The notes under the pieces were generated by a model that did no database searches, was not told the origin of the DNA, and saw only the letters and a program-made list of their open reading frames with translations. The position numbers and the translations under genes were made by a program. A stretch of 64,000 nt of DNA from Octopus sinensis (Eukaryota), in NCBI RefSeq assembly GCF_006345805.1, contig NC_043012.1:50220001-50284000 (forward strand), in the 5' to 3' direction. Positions 26,924 through 40,140 of this stretch are shown here, one piece after another (position 1 is the stretch's first letter; each line of letters begins with the position of its first letter).

Positions 26924-29534
26924 CTCGCTCTCGATATATATATATATATATGTATATTTCGTTTTAGGATTTGGTTTGCAAGATTCTTTAGGTAAGTTCG
27001 TGTGTTGAAGCATATTCAGTTGTGTCTGGGGAGAGTAATTTTCTTTTAGTGCCTTATTATTTAACACACTCCCCGGTAAAATTTCCACTTATTCCTTATT
27101 ATAACGATCCCTTGCCTCAGGTTCTTTTCAAACATATTATGACCAAAAGTGCTCTCTCACTTATATCACTTCAAAGATTATTTAATATTTTATATCAGTG
27201 GGTGTGATTAAACCATATTTCAATGGCTATGAACTAATGAGACATTCACACTACGCATGTAGTTTCCAAAGATATGACTGATATATTAAATTTGCCTAAA
27301 ATTATACGTCTCATGTAAAAAAGAATATCTATGTTTTAAAATCATTCATGTCTTATGCAATATATGGCTTGGTACATTCATCTGTTGTACCATAAAGAAG
27401 TGCAGCATGTATACATTTAGCATAAACATTTACGAATTCTTGAAATATTAGAAAGAAAGTGCGGAGTGTACGTGTCCTTGAAGTTGGAAGTGCAAGGCTA
27501 TCAACAAACCAAATGACAAATATTTTCAATGATTTCTACGAAAACTTGACCTGCTGGGTCACATATTAGCAGATAAGACAATTTGAGTTTATTACGCACA
27601 AAACAGAAATGGAATATTCCCTAACTAGAATTAATTCAGGATCAAAAGCAGGACGTATATGATGGAAGAAATACGTATTTAGGATTACACATGTCATGAT
27701 ATTTTGCATTCTTTCAATATTAAGCAAAACTTAGTATTCAGAAATTTCGAAAAAGATATTTTGATGCACAAAATCTTAATTATACAAATAAATAAATAAA
27801 TGTGTAACATTACGTCCACCTCAATTTATATTTTTATAATTCTAATGCTAAAAGCTCTTCTCAAATTCCATAATTTTGCTTACGGCTTTTAGTTTCAAAT
27901 TTTCATTTGTTAATATGTAACTAAAGAAAATTGGAAACTGAAATATCAAGGAGAAATAATACGAGACGAATGAAAAAAAAAAGGAATGTCTTTCGTAATG
28001 GCTGTATTAATATAACGCGAAATGACACTTGATTTTTGTCACACTGTCATTCTTTTTCTAATGTCTCCAAAGCTTATATATATTCCATATTAACAGACTT
28101 TCGCTCTCTCATGAAACAGCAGCATTATCGTGACTGTGACATTTCTGTATAAGTTTGCTACGTAATCCAGCCAAATGAGAAAATTTTATAACGAAATGAA
28201 AATGCTGCCGAAGTTTCGATTTGCTTGTAGGAATTTGTTTATGAGAGCTCATCTCATTGAGAGCGCATCAGACGCCAACGTTTAATATTGTGAATGGTTT
28301 ATTATTATCTAATCACTTCTGAGAAGTCCTGGAAATTTTAACATAAGTCTGCTTAAAAGCGATATCTACCGGTATCAATAATTTTCTGATTTCAAAATAT
28401 TTCAATAAAGCTGCACAATGCGTCTCCTGATATGCGTGTTCAATGCTCATGAAAGTTAAATCAGCAGAAATTGAAGGTAGTGGAGAAAAATATTCATAAT
28501 TGTGAACGGGAGAACATTTCATAGAAATATAAAACAAAAAATACGAACAATGAATGAAATGAGAACACACATTGGAAATGTTAGAGGAAATATTCCGAAT
28601 AAAACAAAAATAGGCACAGCGGTAGAATTACAACATTTTGACTTTTAGAAAGAATTGTTAATATATAGATATCGAGTACTGTATACATTCCACTTTTTTA
28701 ATCATATTCATATTTACAAAGGGGGAAAATCACTTTTCCTGCATTTAAATCAAAGATATTACATTTTTTTATTCTCTTGTAATTCTACTCCATTTCAGAG
28801 CTAACTTAGAACCATGATCTTTCATTCATGAAGATAATTTTGTGGTGTCTGTTGAGAATTAAAAAAATAATAACATATGTTTCTCTTAGATCTATATTTC
28901 TGCTATTACTTAGAAATATATCTGCTGGAAAATATTGAATTTTCTCTCTCTTCGTCTCTTTCACAAACCCCCTTGCCTGTCTGATTGTCTCTCGTATTCT
29001 CTTCCGCTATGATAATACAGATACTACAATGAATGATAAAGGAATTGTTGGAGATTCTAAAGGTTTTCGTTATCAAAGTGGTAATCGTAAAATTAAAGCA
29101 TTAGTGTAAATTAAGGTGAAGTAGTTGTATGTATTTTAGTAAAATAGTTATAATACACATAGATATAAAATAGCAAGCTGGCAATAATGGTAATATGAAG
29201 GAAAACATGGCTTAAATGTATTATTTCAGCCTTTAATAAAGGGTATTAAAAATATTTCTGATTTGAAGCTGAAATTTATCTCCAAGTCGTGAATGGAGTA
29301 ATCTCAAATAACTTAATGAGAAGGATTAACAGAATAAAAATACGAATACGTTTGTTTAGTGGTACAAAATTAGTACATGAATACTGAACGCAGATAGAAA
29401 CATTATCTCTATTAACGCATACTTATTATTCACACATAAAAATGTACGCATGCGAAAAAATGATTCTAACAAAATAACCAGAGATTTATGTGCATATACA
29501 CATACATATATACCTAAACACACACATGTGTGTG

Positions 29535-29597
<63 letters not shown>

Positions 29598-30169
29598 ATC
29601 TCTCTGTCTCTTTCTCTGTCTCTGTCTCTGTCTCTGTCTCTCTCTTTATATTTATATATATGTATATATATAGATATATATCTACACAATGATATGCTTG
29701 TGCCTATATGCGAGCGTATGTGTGTGTATGTGTATTTATGAATATTTATACATTTGGACAGATGATGCGTAAATATAGGCAGGCATATTTGTGTACACGT
29801 GTATACATGCCTACCGTCATACACATGCTTGTACGCCACAAAACAGCCCACGTAATATAATAAACCAAAGCTCAAAATGAATAAGAGTAACGAAATCTAA
29901 GTAAAATAAATCTATATTTACGGCATTCTTTCACTTGTAAAACATAAAGGAAAGCTACGCATTTGGAAAAATCATATCAATCGTGTATAACTGAAAACGC
30001 AATCTATACTGGGAAGGGACCATTTGTTATACTTAAACACATGATATGCATTGTCACCCTGGTTGAAAAATAAGACAAGTGTACAACGGCGTAGAAAAAG
30101 CAAATTCTCAAAATATTAAGTGTATAAAAATGTACCTGGGCCATTAAGCATAAGGTATTGAAAAATAAC

Positions 30170-30372
30170 AGTTTGAAATTTTGGCACATGCCCAGCAGTT
30201 TCAGAGAAGGGCATAAGTCGATTACATCGGCCCTAGTGATCAACTGGTATTTAATCTCAAGAAACAGAAAACACAAAAGGCAAAATCGACCCTAGAACTC
30301 AGAATCTAAAAGACGAACACAATGTCACGAAGTGTTTCTCCCGGCGTGTTAACGATTCTGTTAGTTCGCCGT
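30170..30372 (-). mobile_element. SINE family A (degraded)
   Basis: aagtcgattacatcggccc...aactggtat...aaggcaaaatcgacc...ccggcgtgttaacgattctg. Confidence 0.7.
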
Positions 30373-31037
30373 CATCCAAAATAATGAGAATGTAAGAGAT
30401 TGTTGGCACAAACTTACGGTATCAAAAATACACACGCACACATACAGAAACTCACACACACGCAAACACGAACACACACACACACGCACAAACACAGGCA
30501 CGCACACGCTCGCACACACACATACACACACATATATATACGTGCATGTATTTATGTGAGCAGGGGCATTTACTAACACTTATATTTGCCGATTAACATT
30601 AATAAATATGACGATACAAAATATTGGCTATATGTAGAATGCATTAGGTAGTGAGAATTAATCAGTAGTTGTGAATAAAGAAGCCGGGAACAATATATAA
30701 CAATGTGATGTTGGAGAAAACACATTTGAAAATGCTTTAAATAGCAATGACTATCTATGTAACAACAACGAAACTGATGCATAGTGCGCTTTACTAGAGG
30801 TTTATAACATAACGTTCAGTTTGGAAATATGAAATAAATACTTTCTGATGAAGGCTCCATTCTGAAAGTTTGAGTGCGCATGTGTGCGCGTGTGAGTGAA
30901 AATTGACAATATATATTGTAAAATTTCCATAAGCTGTATGCCGATTTCCGGGTGTATATGTAAGTGGCAGTGTGTGTATGAGCGGGTGCGCGTATGACTA
31001 TATATATATATAGGTATATATATATATATATATAAAT

Positions 31038-31107
<70 letters not shown>

Positions 31108-31249
31108 CATATATATCTGTTTGCATATGCACATATATTTACGTAATACATAGAGGTGAATATATGAATCCATGCATACGTATTTAGTATACACCCCACA
31201 TGCACACCCGCACCAACACAAACACAGACATATATACATATATACATAT

Positions 31250-31285
<36 letters not shown>

Positions 31286-31637
31286 GTGTATGTATTTATA
31301 CGTATGTGTATATATCAGCGTTTATGTAAATGTTAGAATATATACTTTTAATTTGCACACGTGCACGTCATTATAACACCTGCATTATACCCCATATTTC
31401 ATTCCTCAATTTTATATTGTACTTATGTATATATTCATTATACAACTCCATAGCTTTATTATTTTATCTGTTGTATCTATTTATATGTTTATTTATACGC
31501 ATCTATTGTGTATCTAAATATTTACACATACACACACACATACACACGCACGCACACGCACATACACATACATATATATTCATGTATATGCCAGTTCTTA
31601 TAAATGTATTAGTTCGTTACATTCATGTGTCAGTTTG

Positions 31638-31683
<46 letters not shown>

Positions 31684-32470
31684 TATATATCTATATATAT
31701 ATATATATATATTATATATACTCACATAAAATATCACAGGTGCATATAATATATATATAATATAATATAATATAATATAATATATATAATATATATTTTA
31801 ACTCTGTATACGTGTATATATTGCTTATATATATATATATACATATATGTACACACACGCACATACACAAACACACACACTTGAACGCACAGGCACATAT
31901 ATGTTAAAATATTTTTGTTGTTTCCTTACAGAGACTGTATGTGTTTGTCACTCGTGGTCTGTATATATCTAATAACCAAATATGCTTATTTAAGTTACTG
32001 CAGAACCAGAAACGCCTGAGTAATTTTCAGGGAGAAGAAAGAAATTGTATGCAATTTGTTTAAGCCATGGAGTATAAAATTTATTCATTAATTTCGTAAA
32101 TTGGAAGGGAAAACTTCTGAGAATTCATGAGTATCCATAATAGCAATGAAGTAGGTTAGGAATTCAATTGAAAATAGCAGTAGGAACAACAAAACAAAGT
32201 TTAACTTCTCTGTGATTTTAAATCGTAATGGTATTGATTGCTACACAAACACATACACAACCACAGAACTTCACGTAAGCATTAATGTAGTTGTGTATGC
32301 ATGTATACACAAACACACACACTCACACACACATGCACACACACACATATATATATATAATGAGGGAGAGAGAGAGACAGAGACAGAGAGATAGATAGAT
32401 AGATAGCTATGCATAATTTCATACATATACATACATATACATACATACACACACACACACACATATATAA

Positions 32471-32503
<33 letters not shown>

Positions 32504-32704
32504 TTACATACATTATATTCAAGTATATGCGAGTTCTTATAAATGTATTAGCTCGATACGTTTATGTGTCAGTTTGTTCAAATATATACACACTCACATT
32601 TATATATACTCACATAAAATATCACAGTACATATAATATATATTATATATATATATATATATATACATATACACGATTTTCTCTCTCTCTCTCTCTCTCT
32701 CTAT

Positions 32705-32751
<47 letters not shown>

Positions 32752-33164
32752 TATATCTGCATGTATATAACATATAAATTTATATACATCACCAACGTAC
32801 ATAAAGAAACACATATTTATGCGCCGTGAATTATTATGTTCTGCGTATCTTTGCATATATACAAATTTGTGTACTGATAACGCAGATTCAGTTTAATGTT
32901 TACTTAGTTTTTGTGTGAGATTATTGTAATTGCGATGATCTCTGATCGATTCTGTCATCGGACCCTGTTCGTGTCGGACATTACCAAATTGCAATTTATT
33001 CTCGAACCGTGGCAATGTGTAGTTAACATCCATATGCCTGCAATGCATTCTTCATCAATTATAATAATATGCATCACCAACAGAGTCGCCCTGTAGTTGA
33101 TTATTTGTGTACAAATATTTATTTGAAGAACCATAGCTATGATTATTTAATATTAAAGTAAAGG

Positions 33165-33920
33165 AAGGCGGCGAGCTGGCAGAAACGTTAGCACGCCGGG
33201 CGAAATACTTAGCCGTATTTCGTCTGCCGTTACGTTGTGAGTTCAAATTACGCCGAGGTCGACTTTGCCTTTCATCCTTTCGGGGTCAATAAATTAAGAA
33301 GCAGTTACGCAGTGGGGTAGATGTTATCGACTTAATACCTATGTCTGTCCTTGTTTGTCCCCTCTATGTTTAGCCCCTTGTGGGTAATAAAGAAATAGGT
33401 ATTTCGTCTACGGCTACGTTCTGAGTTCAAATTCCGTCGATGTCGACTTTGCCTGTCATCCTTTCGGAGTCGATTAAATAAGTACCAGTCACGCACTGGG
33501 GTCGATATAATCTGTTTGTCCTTGTTTGTCCTCTCCGTGTTTAGCCCCTTGTGGGTAATAAAGAAATATGCATTTCATCTGTCTTTACGTTCTGAGTTCA
33601 AATTCCGCCGAGGTTGACTTTGCTTTTCATCCTTTTGAGGTCGATAAATTAAGTACTACTTGCGTACTGCCGCTTCGTTCATACTTCAAATTCCGTCGAT
33701 GTCGACTTTGCCTTTCCTTCTTTCGGAGTCGGTTAAATATGTACTAGTTACGCACTGGAGTCGATGTAATCAACTTAATCCCTTAGTCTGTCTTGTTTGT
33801 CCCCTCTATGTTTAGACCCTTTTAGGCAATAAAAAAATAAATTATATATATATAATCGACTGCCCCCGACCAAAAAGAAAAAAAAAATCGGGCCTTGTGC
33901 CTAGAGTATAAAAGAATATT
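33165..33920 (+). mobile_element. SINE family A tandem array (one head, four body units)
   Basis: One head aaggcggcgagctggcagaaacg. The unit ttcaaattccg..gtcgactttgcc recurs four times and the tail tttagcccctt-gtgggtaataaagaaat three times. Confidence 0.9.
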
Positions 33921-34399
33921 AAAATAAAGGAAATAAAAAAAGAGATCTTATCTGAAATATTTTTTTTGAAGCAAGATTGTTACTGTCTCATGGCTGTTGA
34001 TACCATAGGTGTCATACAGCATCCCATCTGTCTAACTCGCATATGTTTGCTACAGATAAATATGAGTAACAAGACTAAAGCTAAAACGTCACATTGTGAA
34101 TCTTTGCGAATATTCGATTCGCTGGGAATGTTTTTCGAATCTTCCTAAAATATTAAAGATATTTATAAATCACTTGGTTTCCGTCCTAGAGTTGATGCTT
34201 TTTAAACATATAATAACCAATATAACATTCGCAATTTGTTAACTTCGTGAATAATATACTTTTCCATATTAACATATACGACTTGGATAACTTCGGTAAT
34301 TTTGATATTTTTCGGCGATTTATTGGCCCAAGCCATGTCTAACATAATGGTGCAACCTGATACGATATGTGGAGTCATTTTAAATAAAGATCGGTGGTA

Positions 34400-34740
34400 T
34401 CAGCCCATTAAAGTAGGGAGATTTTTGTGGACTGAGCTGTATCCTGGTTTAGGTGGCTTATCTGGTGTGTCTTTAAGAAATTTGTCCAGGTTTCGTTTGA
34501 AGATAGGATCCGTGGAGTCATTCGTTTGAAGATGACATGATCTTTTTCGCTTCTTCGTCGTTTATTTGTTTCGGAATAATATTGAATAGAGCATGGATTG
34601 ATGAGGAAAAGGAATTTTGTTACAGGGAATGTATGTGTTGTTATCCGAAATTTTATAGGGTGCGTATGGTACGTGTTTCCAGCCTTGACTGAATTATTAA
34701 TCTAATGATAAAAGTTTTTTCGCATTATTGACTCTTCACA
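34400..34740 (-). pseudogene. CR1-group LINE 3' end remnant
   Basis: Minus translation ..QNSFSSSIHALFNIIPKQI.. / FKRNLDKFLKDTPDKPPKPGY, typical of a LINE ORF2 C-terminus (FK..LD.FL...PD.P). Confidence 0.5.
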
Positions 34741-35282
34741 TTGTACGAATTATAAATATATTTATCGACAAGTACGATTTAGAAATCAAGGTAAGCACTA
34801 AATATCTATAGTCTTAAAATGTTATATATAACATTATATAAATTCTTTCTCAAATTTTGCATGTGAAGTGTGACAATGAAATATTCTTTGATCTCAGGTG
34901 CGCTAGAACATCAAGTATTTTGACAGATACTTAAATAGGTAATTCACTGCGAGATAGCTCCGACCACATCTCAATAAAATGTAACTGCACTGTACTCGTC
35001 AACATCTACCTTAACCATATGCTGTCAAGCAAAACTGGATAACATTAAAAACACTTTACCAGAGTGGAAACAGAACGATGGAAAGATATGGTTACACAGC
35101 AGCTATTCTTAAACACAGATACATCTCCACCCTTGCTTGGTTTGCTTGACAGAAAAAATAAAGGTAAGATTAAACTGGGATCTATGTAGAACAGAAAGCT
35201 GGCATGATTTTGAATTATATCACGGCTGGTCGTTACCCCTCAGATATATTGTGGAGAAATTGTTTATGTAGCTTCGGTATTA

Positions 35283-35543
35283 AAAAAATAATAAACGCGT
35301 CCTTTTTAAAGCCTAGACAGGCTAATGGGCCCGGTTTCCCGGTTTCTATGACGTATGTGTTCCCCAGCTGGACGTACGCCAGTCCATCACATCATTACTC
35401 ATTTGTGCCAGCTGAGTGGACTGGAGCAACGTGAAATGAAGTGTTTTGCTCAAGAATACAACGTGTCGCCCGGTCCTGGAATCGAAACTACAATCTTACA
35501 ATCATGTTGCAGACACCCTAACAACTAAGCCACGCGTCTCCAC
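35283..35543 (-). mobile_element. SINE family B, full length with 14-bp TSD
   Basis: Reverse copy of 17327-17584. TSD tagcttcggtatta at 35269-35282 and 35544-35557. Confidence 0.92.
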
Positions 35544-35819
35544 TAGCTTCGGTATTATCGAGGCATTACTGAAACACTACATTATGTGATTGGAAAATAA
35601 AAATAAAGAATGTGAAGTTGCGATCTTCATTTTCTTTTGTTTACGATATAAAACTGGAACAGACGCCAAAGAGATTTTGAATCGGAAATTATTTAAAGGT
35701 CACGTCTTGAGATTCTCTTTTCCTAACACAGAATCGGAAGGTGTCCGTTAGAAACTTCCCAAAATTCAAACGGACACCTAAATAATCGCACGTAAAGTAC
35801 CCGTACCAACATCTTTGAG

Positions 35820-36052
35820 TCCTCGTTATCATTGTCATCGTCGTCGTCACCATCATCATCATCTTCGTCGTCGTCGGCGTCGTCAATGTCAGTGATGTCA
35901 TCCTCATCCCCTTCATCCTCATCCTCATTGTCACCATAAAGCAATTCGGATCACGGCAGCAGCAGTCGCAACGAAAACACTAATATTGCCCAGAACAGCA
36001 ACAAGAACAAAACATCATCCCCATCATCTTCATCATCATCATCATCATCGTT

Positions 36053-36089
<37 letters not shown>

Positions 36090-36521
36090 TCAACAACAAT
36101 AACAACAAAAACGACAACCAGAAGTAGACCCAATGCCGTAACAGCAAGACCAATTACACAACCCACAAAACAATATTGAAAACAATGTATACATGTAATT
36201 AACCAGGAACTATGTTATTGTTGTTGCTCTTTTTTTTATCATTATCGTGTTATTTTGTATTTCCCTGTTTTTTTTTTTTAATATTTGTTTTGTGAAACAA
36301 AAATAAAAATAAAAATAAGCGAAAAATAAAGCTCGAAGCTAAAAGCAAGAGTAAATTAATGCATTGTTTTAAAGAATTCTGGAAAATTACTATTTGTTGG
36401 AAAGGGTAGGGTGTGGATGTTGGGTCGGTTGTGGCGTTGGGGTGGGGCAGCACATAAAGCCAATGAAAATTTGGTCTATTCAACGTTTCTTTTTTTTCTG
36501 TGCATACTACTACTACTATTA

Positions 36522-36565
<44 letters not shown>

Positions 36566-36580
36566 TACTACTACTACTAC

Positions 36581-36617
<37 letters not shown>

Positions 36618-36806
36618 AATCCTACTGTTACTGCTGCTGCTGCTGCGACTGCTACTGCTGCTGCTGCTGTTGCTTTTGCTGCTGCTGCTATTGTTCGTTC
36701 TGATGTTTCTACTGTTGGCGCTGCCGGAACCGTTATTGTTGAAACTGCTGATGCTATGACAGGCGACAGTGATGATGATGACGACGACGATGATGATGAC
36801 GACGAC

Positions 36807-36840
<34 letters not shown>

Positions 36841-37360
36841 AAGACGGTGATGGTGTCGATGATGATGATGATGATGACGACGACAATGACGATGCTGTTG
36901 TTCCATTTAATGCTCCAGCGGTAAAACTGATTGGTGGCGGTAGGTGTAGTTTGAATAAATGAAATATATTTACAAATGTCTTCCTAACAGCCTGCCGATT
37001 TCCTATTCAGCCGAAATTCACTTTTGAAATTCTTATCCCTTTTGATATGTATATATACCAGTGAATGTACTACCCGGGTCAATGTACTGGCCCCTAATCG
37101 TGGTTCTGAATGTGTTAGCCTTATTTAAATTTATTTTAATTTATTTCATTCTGAGCAGGATGGTATTAATAATAACGAGGAAGAAGAGGAAGTTGATGAA
37201 GAAGAAGAAGAAGAAGAAGAAGAAGAAGAAGAAGAAGAAGAAGAAGAAAAAGAAGAAAAAGAAGAAGAAGAAGAAGAAGAAGAAGAAGAAGAAGAAGAAG
37301 AAGAAGAAGAAGAAGAAGAAGAAGAAGAAGAAGAAGAAGAAGAAGAAGAAGACGACGACA
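35820..37360. repeat. Cluster of trinucleotide microsatellites (CAT/CGT, TAC, TAA, CTG, GAT, GAA)
   Basis: Read directly, including ~55 units of (GAA) at 37196-37352. Confidence 0.95.
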
Positions 37361-38084
37361 CGGTTATGACGATGGAAAAGAAGAAAAGATGAAGGTGATT
37401 TCCTTCAAAATATTTGAAAGAAAGAACGTGATGGAGATATATTTGTAGATGTCTTCTAATTGTGGTGTATGGATTCGGTGAGTGCTACTTTCTACATTCT
37501 CAGAGACTGCAGGCAGCTTGATTGATCGATAGATTTCTTTTCCTGGTATAGAGTGAATGATATTCCGTTAATATGATATGGAGTGAGACGTTCAAATTCA
37601 GCAGTATCCTAGTTGTTGTTCGTGCTGTTAGAAACTGTAGCGAAATTTATCTTAAAACGCTTTCTACAACATTAAATACAATTATGCATTTCGCAGCGTA
37701 GTACTCGAGAGATTATGACTTTAGATAAACGTATGGCTATTGTTGTACTGCATTTTGAGCATACATCTCCTGAGTAATGGATGATGTTACCAGTAAAACA
37801 CCAGCACCAGCTGTACTCATCAATCCTCACCATTGCTTTCGCGACCATCATCATTTTTATCATCATAAACAAGAATGACATGCAGGCAGTACAACAGCGG
37901 CAACAGCAGCAACAACCACATGTTCCGAATAATTCTGCAGATGCAAAATCTTGCCGAATTTCAAAGACTGGGTATGCACGACTAGGAATGGTGACTTCAG
38001 CTCATGACTCAAGTAGAAGTTGAATGGTTTTTATCTCAACACGATTCTTATTGATCGTCCCCACCTTTTTTTTTTCACGATCCC

Positions 38085-38290
38085 TTTTGATCGGAATTCG
38101 ACCCTTTTGTCTTTCGTTTTTCCTTCTCTTCTTTCCAAAAAGAAAAGTTCTACTTTGTATTTAGTCGAACACTTTTGATCGGAATTCGACCCTTTTTTTC
38201 TTTTTTTCCTTCTCTTCTTCCTCAAAAGAAAAGCTCTACTTTGTAATTTGTCCCTTCTGTGTTCAGCCCTTCGTGGCCAATAAAGAAATC
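38085..38290 (+). repeat. ~88-bp direct duplication ending in a SINE family A tail
   Basis: ttttgatcggaattcgaccc...aaaagaaaag.tctactttgta occurs twice, followed by tgtcccttctgtgttcagcccttcgtggccaataaagaaat. Confidence 0.8.
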
Positions 38291-39554
38291 TATCTCAGTA
38301 TAGACTTTAATTTATATCATATTTACGGAAAGGAAATCTCTGACTATTCTCACGATTTATTGTTTATCATTTGTTTGAACTGAGAGGGAGTCATAGAGTT
38401 CTTCGAATTGGGATGTAACAAAGATCTAAAATATTTGAAAGTATTATAATTGTAGCAGAAGGGAGTGTTTGATTGAAATCGCTGTGTCAATAAACTACGT
38501 AAGATGTGATAAGTGCTGTTTTCTTCCAATAATGGTTTGATCTGATTCTTTGTGAAAATTAGTGTCATAATCTGTCATAATCTCTCATAATCTATGACAA
38601 ATCTATTTCATGGATTATCATCGAACATTCTCATTTGAAATTGCTAACGGATCTTACCTACAACTTAGTGATATATTTGAACACGGAACTGCGTAATACA
38701 TACCTATTTTACTCTGGTTAATCCTGACATTTTGACGAATTGTACTACACTAATATTCTAGATTTGGCATATTTTTTTTATTGTTACATCCCGCCGACTT
38801 TTTCCACTCTTGGTTATTCTAGAAACGACTAAAAGACTTTATAGGCTTATATTCTCTATCTAAATTATGTCTGTTTCGTTTTGTTTTTTCGAGTGATGCC
38901 AAATATTTTGCTCTTTCATTTTATATTTTAATCTATATTCATCATAGAATTATCATAATATTTTTGAACCGCTTGGGTTACTTTTTCGTGCTGAGAAAAT
39001 TTGATGCTTGTAAGAACTCAAAATTTAGTCTTGGAAAACATTTATTTCTCTAATATGTCTTATTCTGTATGTGCTATCAAAATTACAGACACATTCTCTA
39101 TAAAGTTGAGTATATTTTATTCTGTTGACGTAGTAATCTTGACTCCGTGAGAGATACTAATGAATGTGCATCAGCGATAATAACATAAGAATCGACGTTG
39201 TCGTTATTATGATCATCATAATCAACAGCATTGTAATTAAGTGGAATAACATGATCAATATTACTCATACCATCCAAAGCAATTTGCTATTCGATTTCTC
39301 TTGATTGTTACTGCTGCTTGTATTTAATGTTGTCAGTAAGAAGAGACTCAGTGAATTTGATTGGTGTTACACTTAATTTGTTCGTTTGGAGCCAGGCTTC
39401 TAAACTCAAAGTATCGCTAATATAACTATGTAGAAATCGCGAGTATTCAGAGTGGATAAAAGCAATATTCTTGGCGTAAGATATAAGCATCTATTTTGTT
39501 AAGCCCTATAAAGGTCCTCTAGACCTAAGCTAAAGAGAGTAGTCTTATTTATTG

Positions 39555-39609
<55 letters not shown>

Positions 39610-39611
<2 letters not shown>

Positions 39612-39788
39612 CATCATTTACATAATTTACATTTGACGGGTATTTCTCTTCATCTTGTTTGTTGTTAACACAACGTTTCAGCTGATATACCCTCCAGCCT
39701 TCATCAGGTGTCTTGAGAAAATTTTGAACCTGCTTTCTCATTCTTAAGGCATTTTTCGATGTTATTATTATTATTATTATTATTATTA

Positions 39789-39850
<62 letters not shown>

Positions 39851-39925
39851 TTGTCACTGGAATCGAACTCGCAATCTTGGTGCTAGTTGCCTGCCATCTT
39901 AAGCCCTATGCCATATGTCCGTGGC
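39610..39925 (-). mobile_element. tRNA-headed SINE-like element with internal (AAT)n and a hammerhead-bearing 3' tail
   Basis: Minus strand: A-box-like tggcatagggc, B box gagttcgattcc (39853-39920), (AAT)n, then a tail containing the HHR. Flanked by (TA)n. Confidence 0.7.
39667..39712 (-). ncRNA. Minimal type I hammerhead ribozyme (canonical CUGAUGA core)
   Basis: gacac-CUGAUGA-A-GGCUG-gaggguauau-CAGCU-GAAAC-GUU-guguu. Stem I gacac/guguu, 5-bp stem II, loopless palindromic stem III (AACGUU). Confidence 0.8.
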
Positions 39926-39939
39926 ATATATATATATAT

Positions 39940-40140
39940 CAGTGCTTTTCAACATTTTTGCTGGAGCGGAACCCCAAGGAAACATTCCACAGGCTCGAGG
40001 AACCCCTGTGCAATAATTTAATTGTCTTATGCACACATATCTACACAGGAGAATTAAAAATTACTGCCGATTTTAGCAGTTTTGTAACTTCTTGCGGAAC
40101 CCCTGGACTGTACTGGCGGAACCCTGGTTGAAAACCACTG
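39940..40140. mobile_element. hAT-type MITE (201 bp)
   Basis: TIRs cagtgcttttcaac / gttgaaaaccactg, four subterminal GGAACCC motifs, inserted in (TA)n with atatatat on both sides. Confidence 0.85.

Noticed and set aside
33165-33838. CRISPR-like repeat array
   Set aside because: The units are diverged 100-170 bp SINE bodies without unique spacers, in a eukaryotic context with no cas genes.
36400-36465. G-quadruplex plus CCAAT as a promoter
   Set aside because: The loops are long, there is no associated exon or CpG island, and it lies inside a simple-repeat cluster.
38350-38620. Possible Penelope RT remnant (HYWK..., LLHPN)
   Set aside because: Only scattered residues match and the catalytic YxDD motif is not recoverable.
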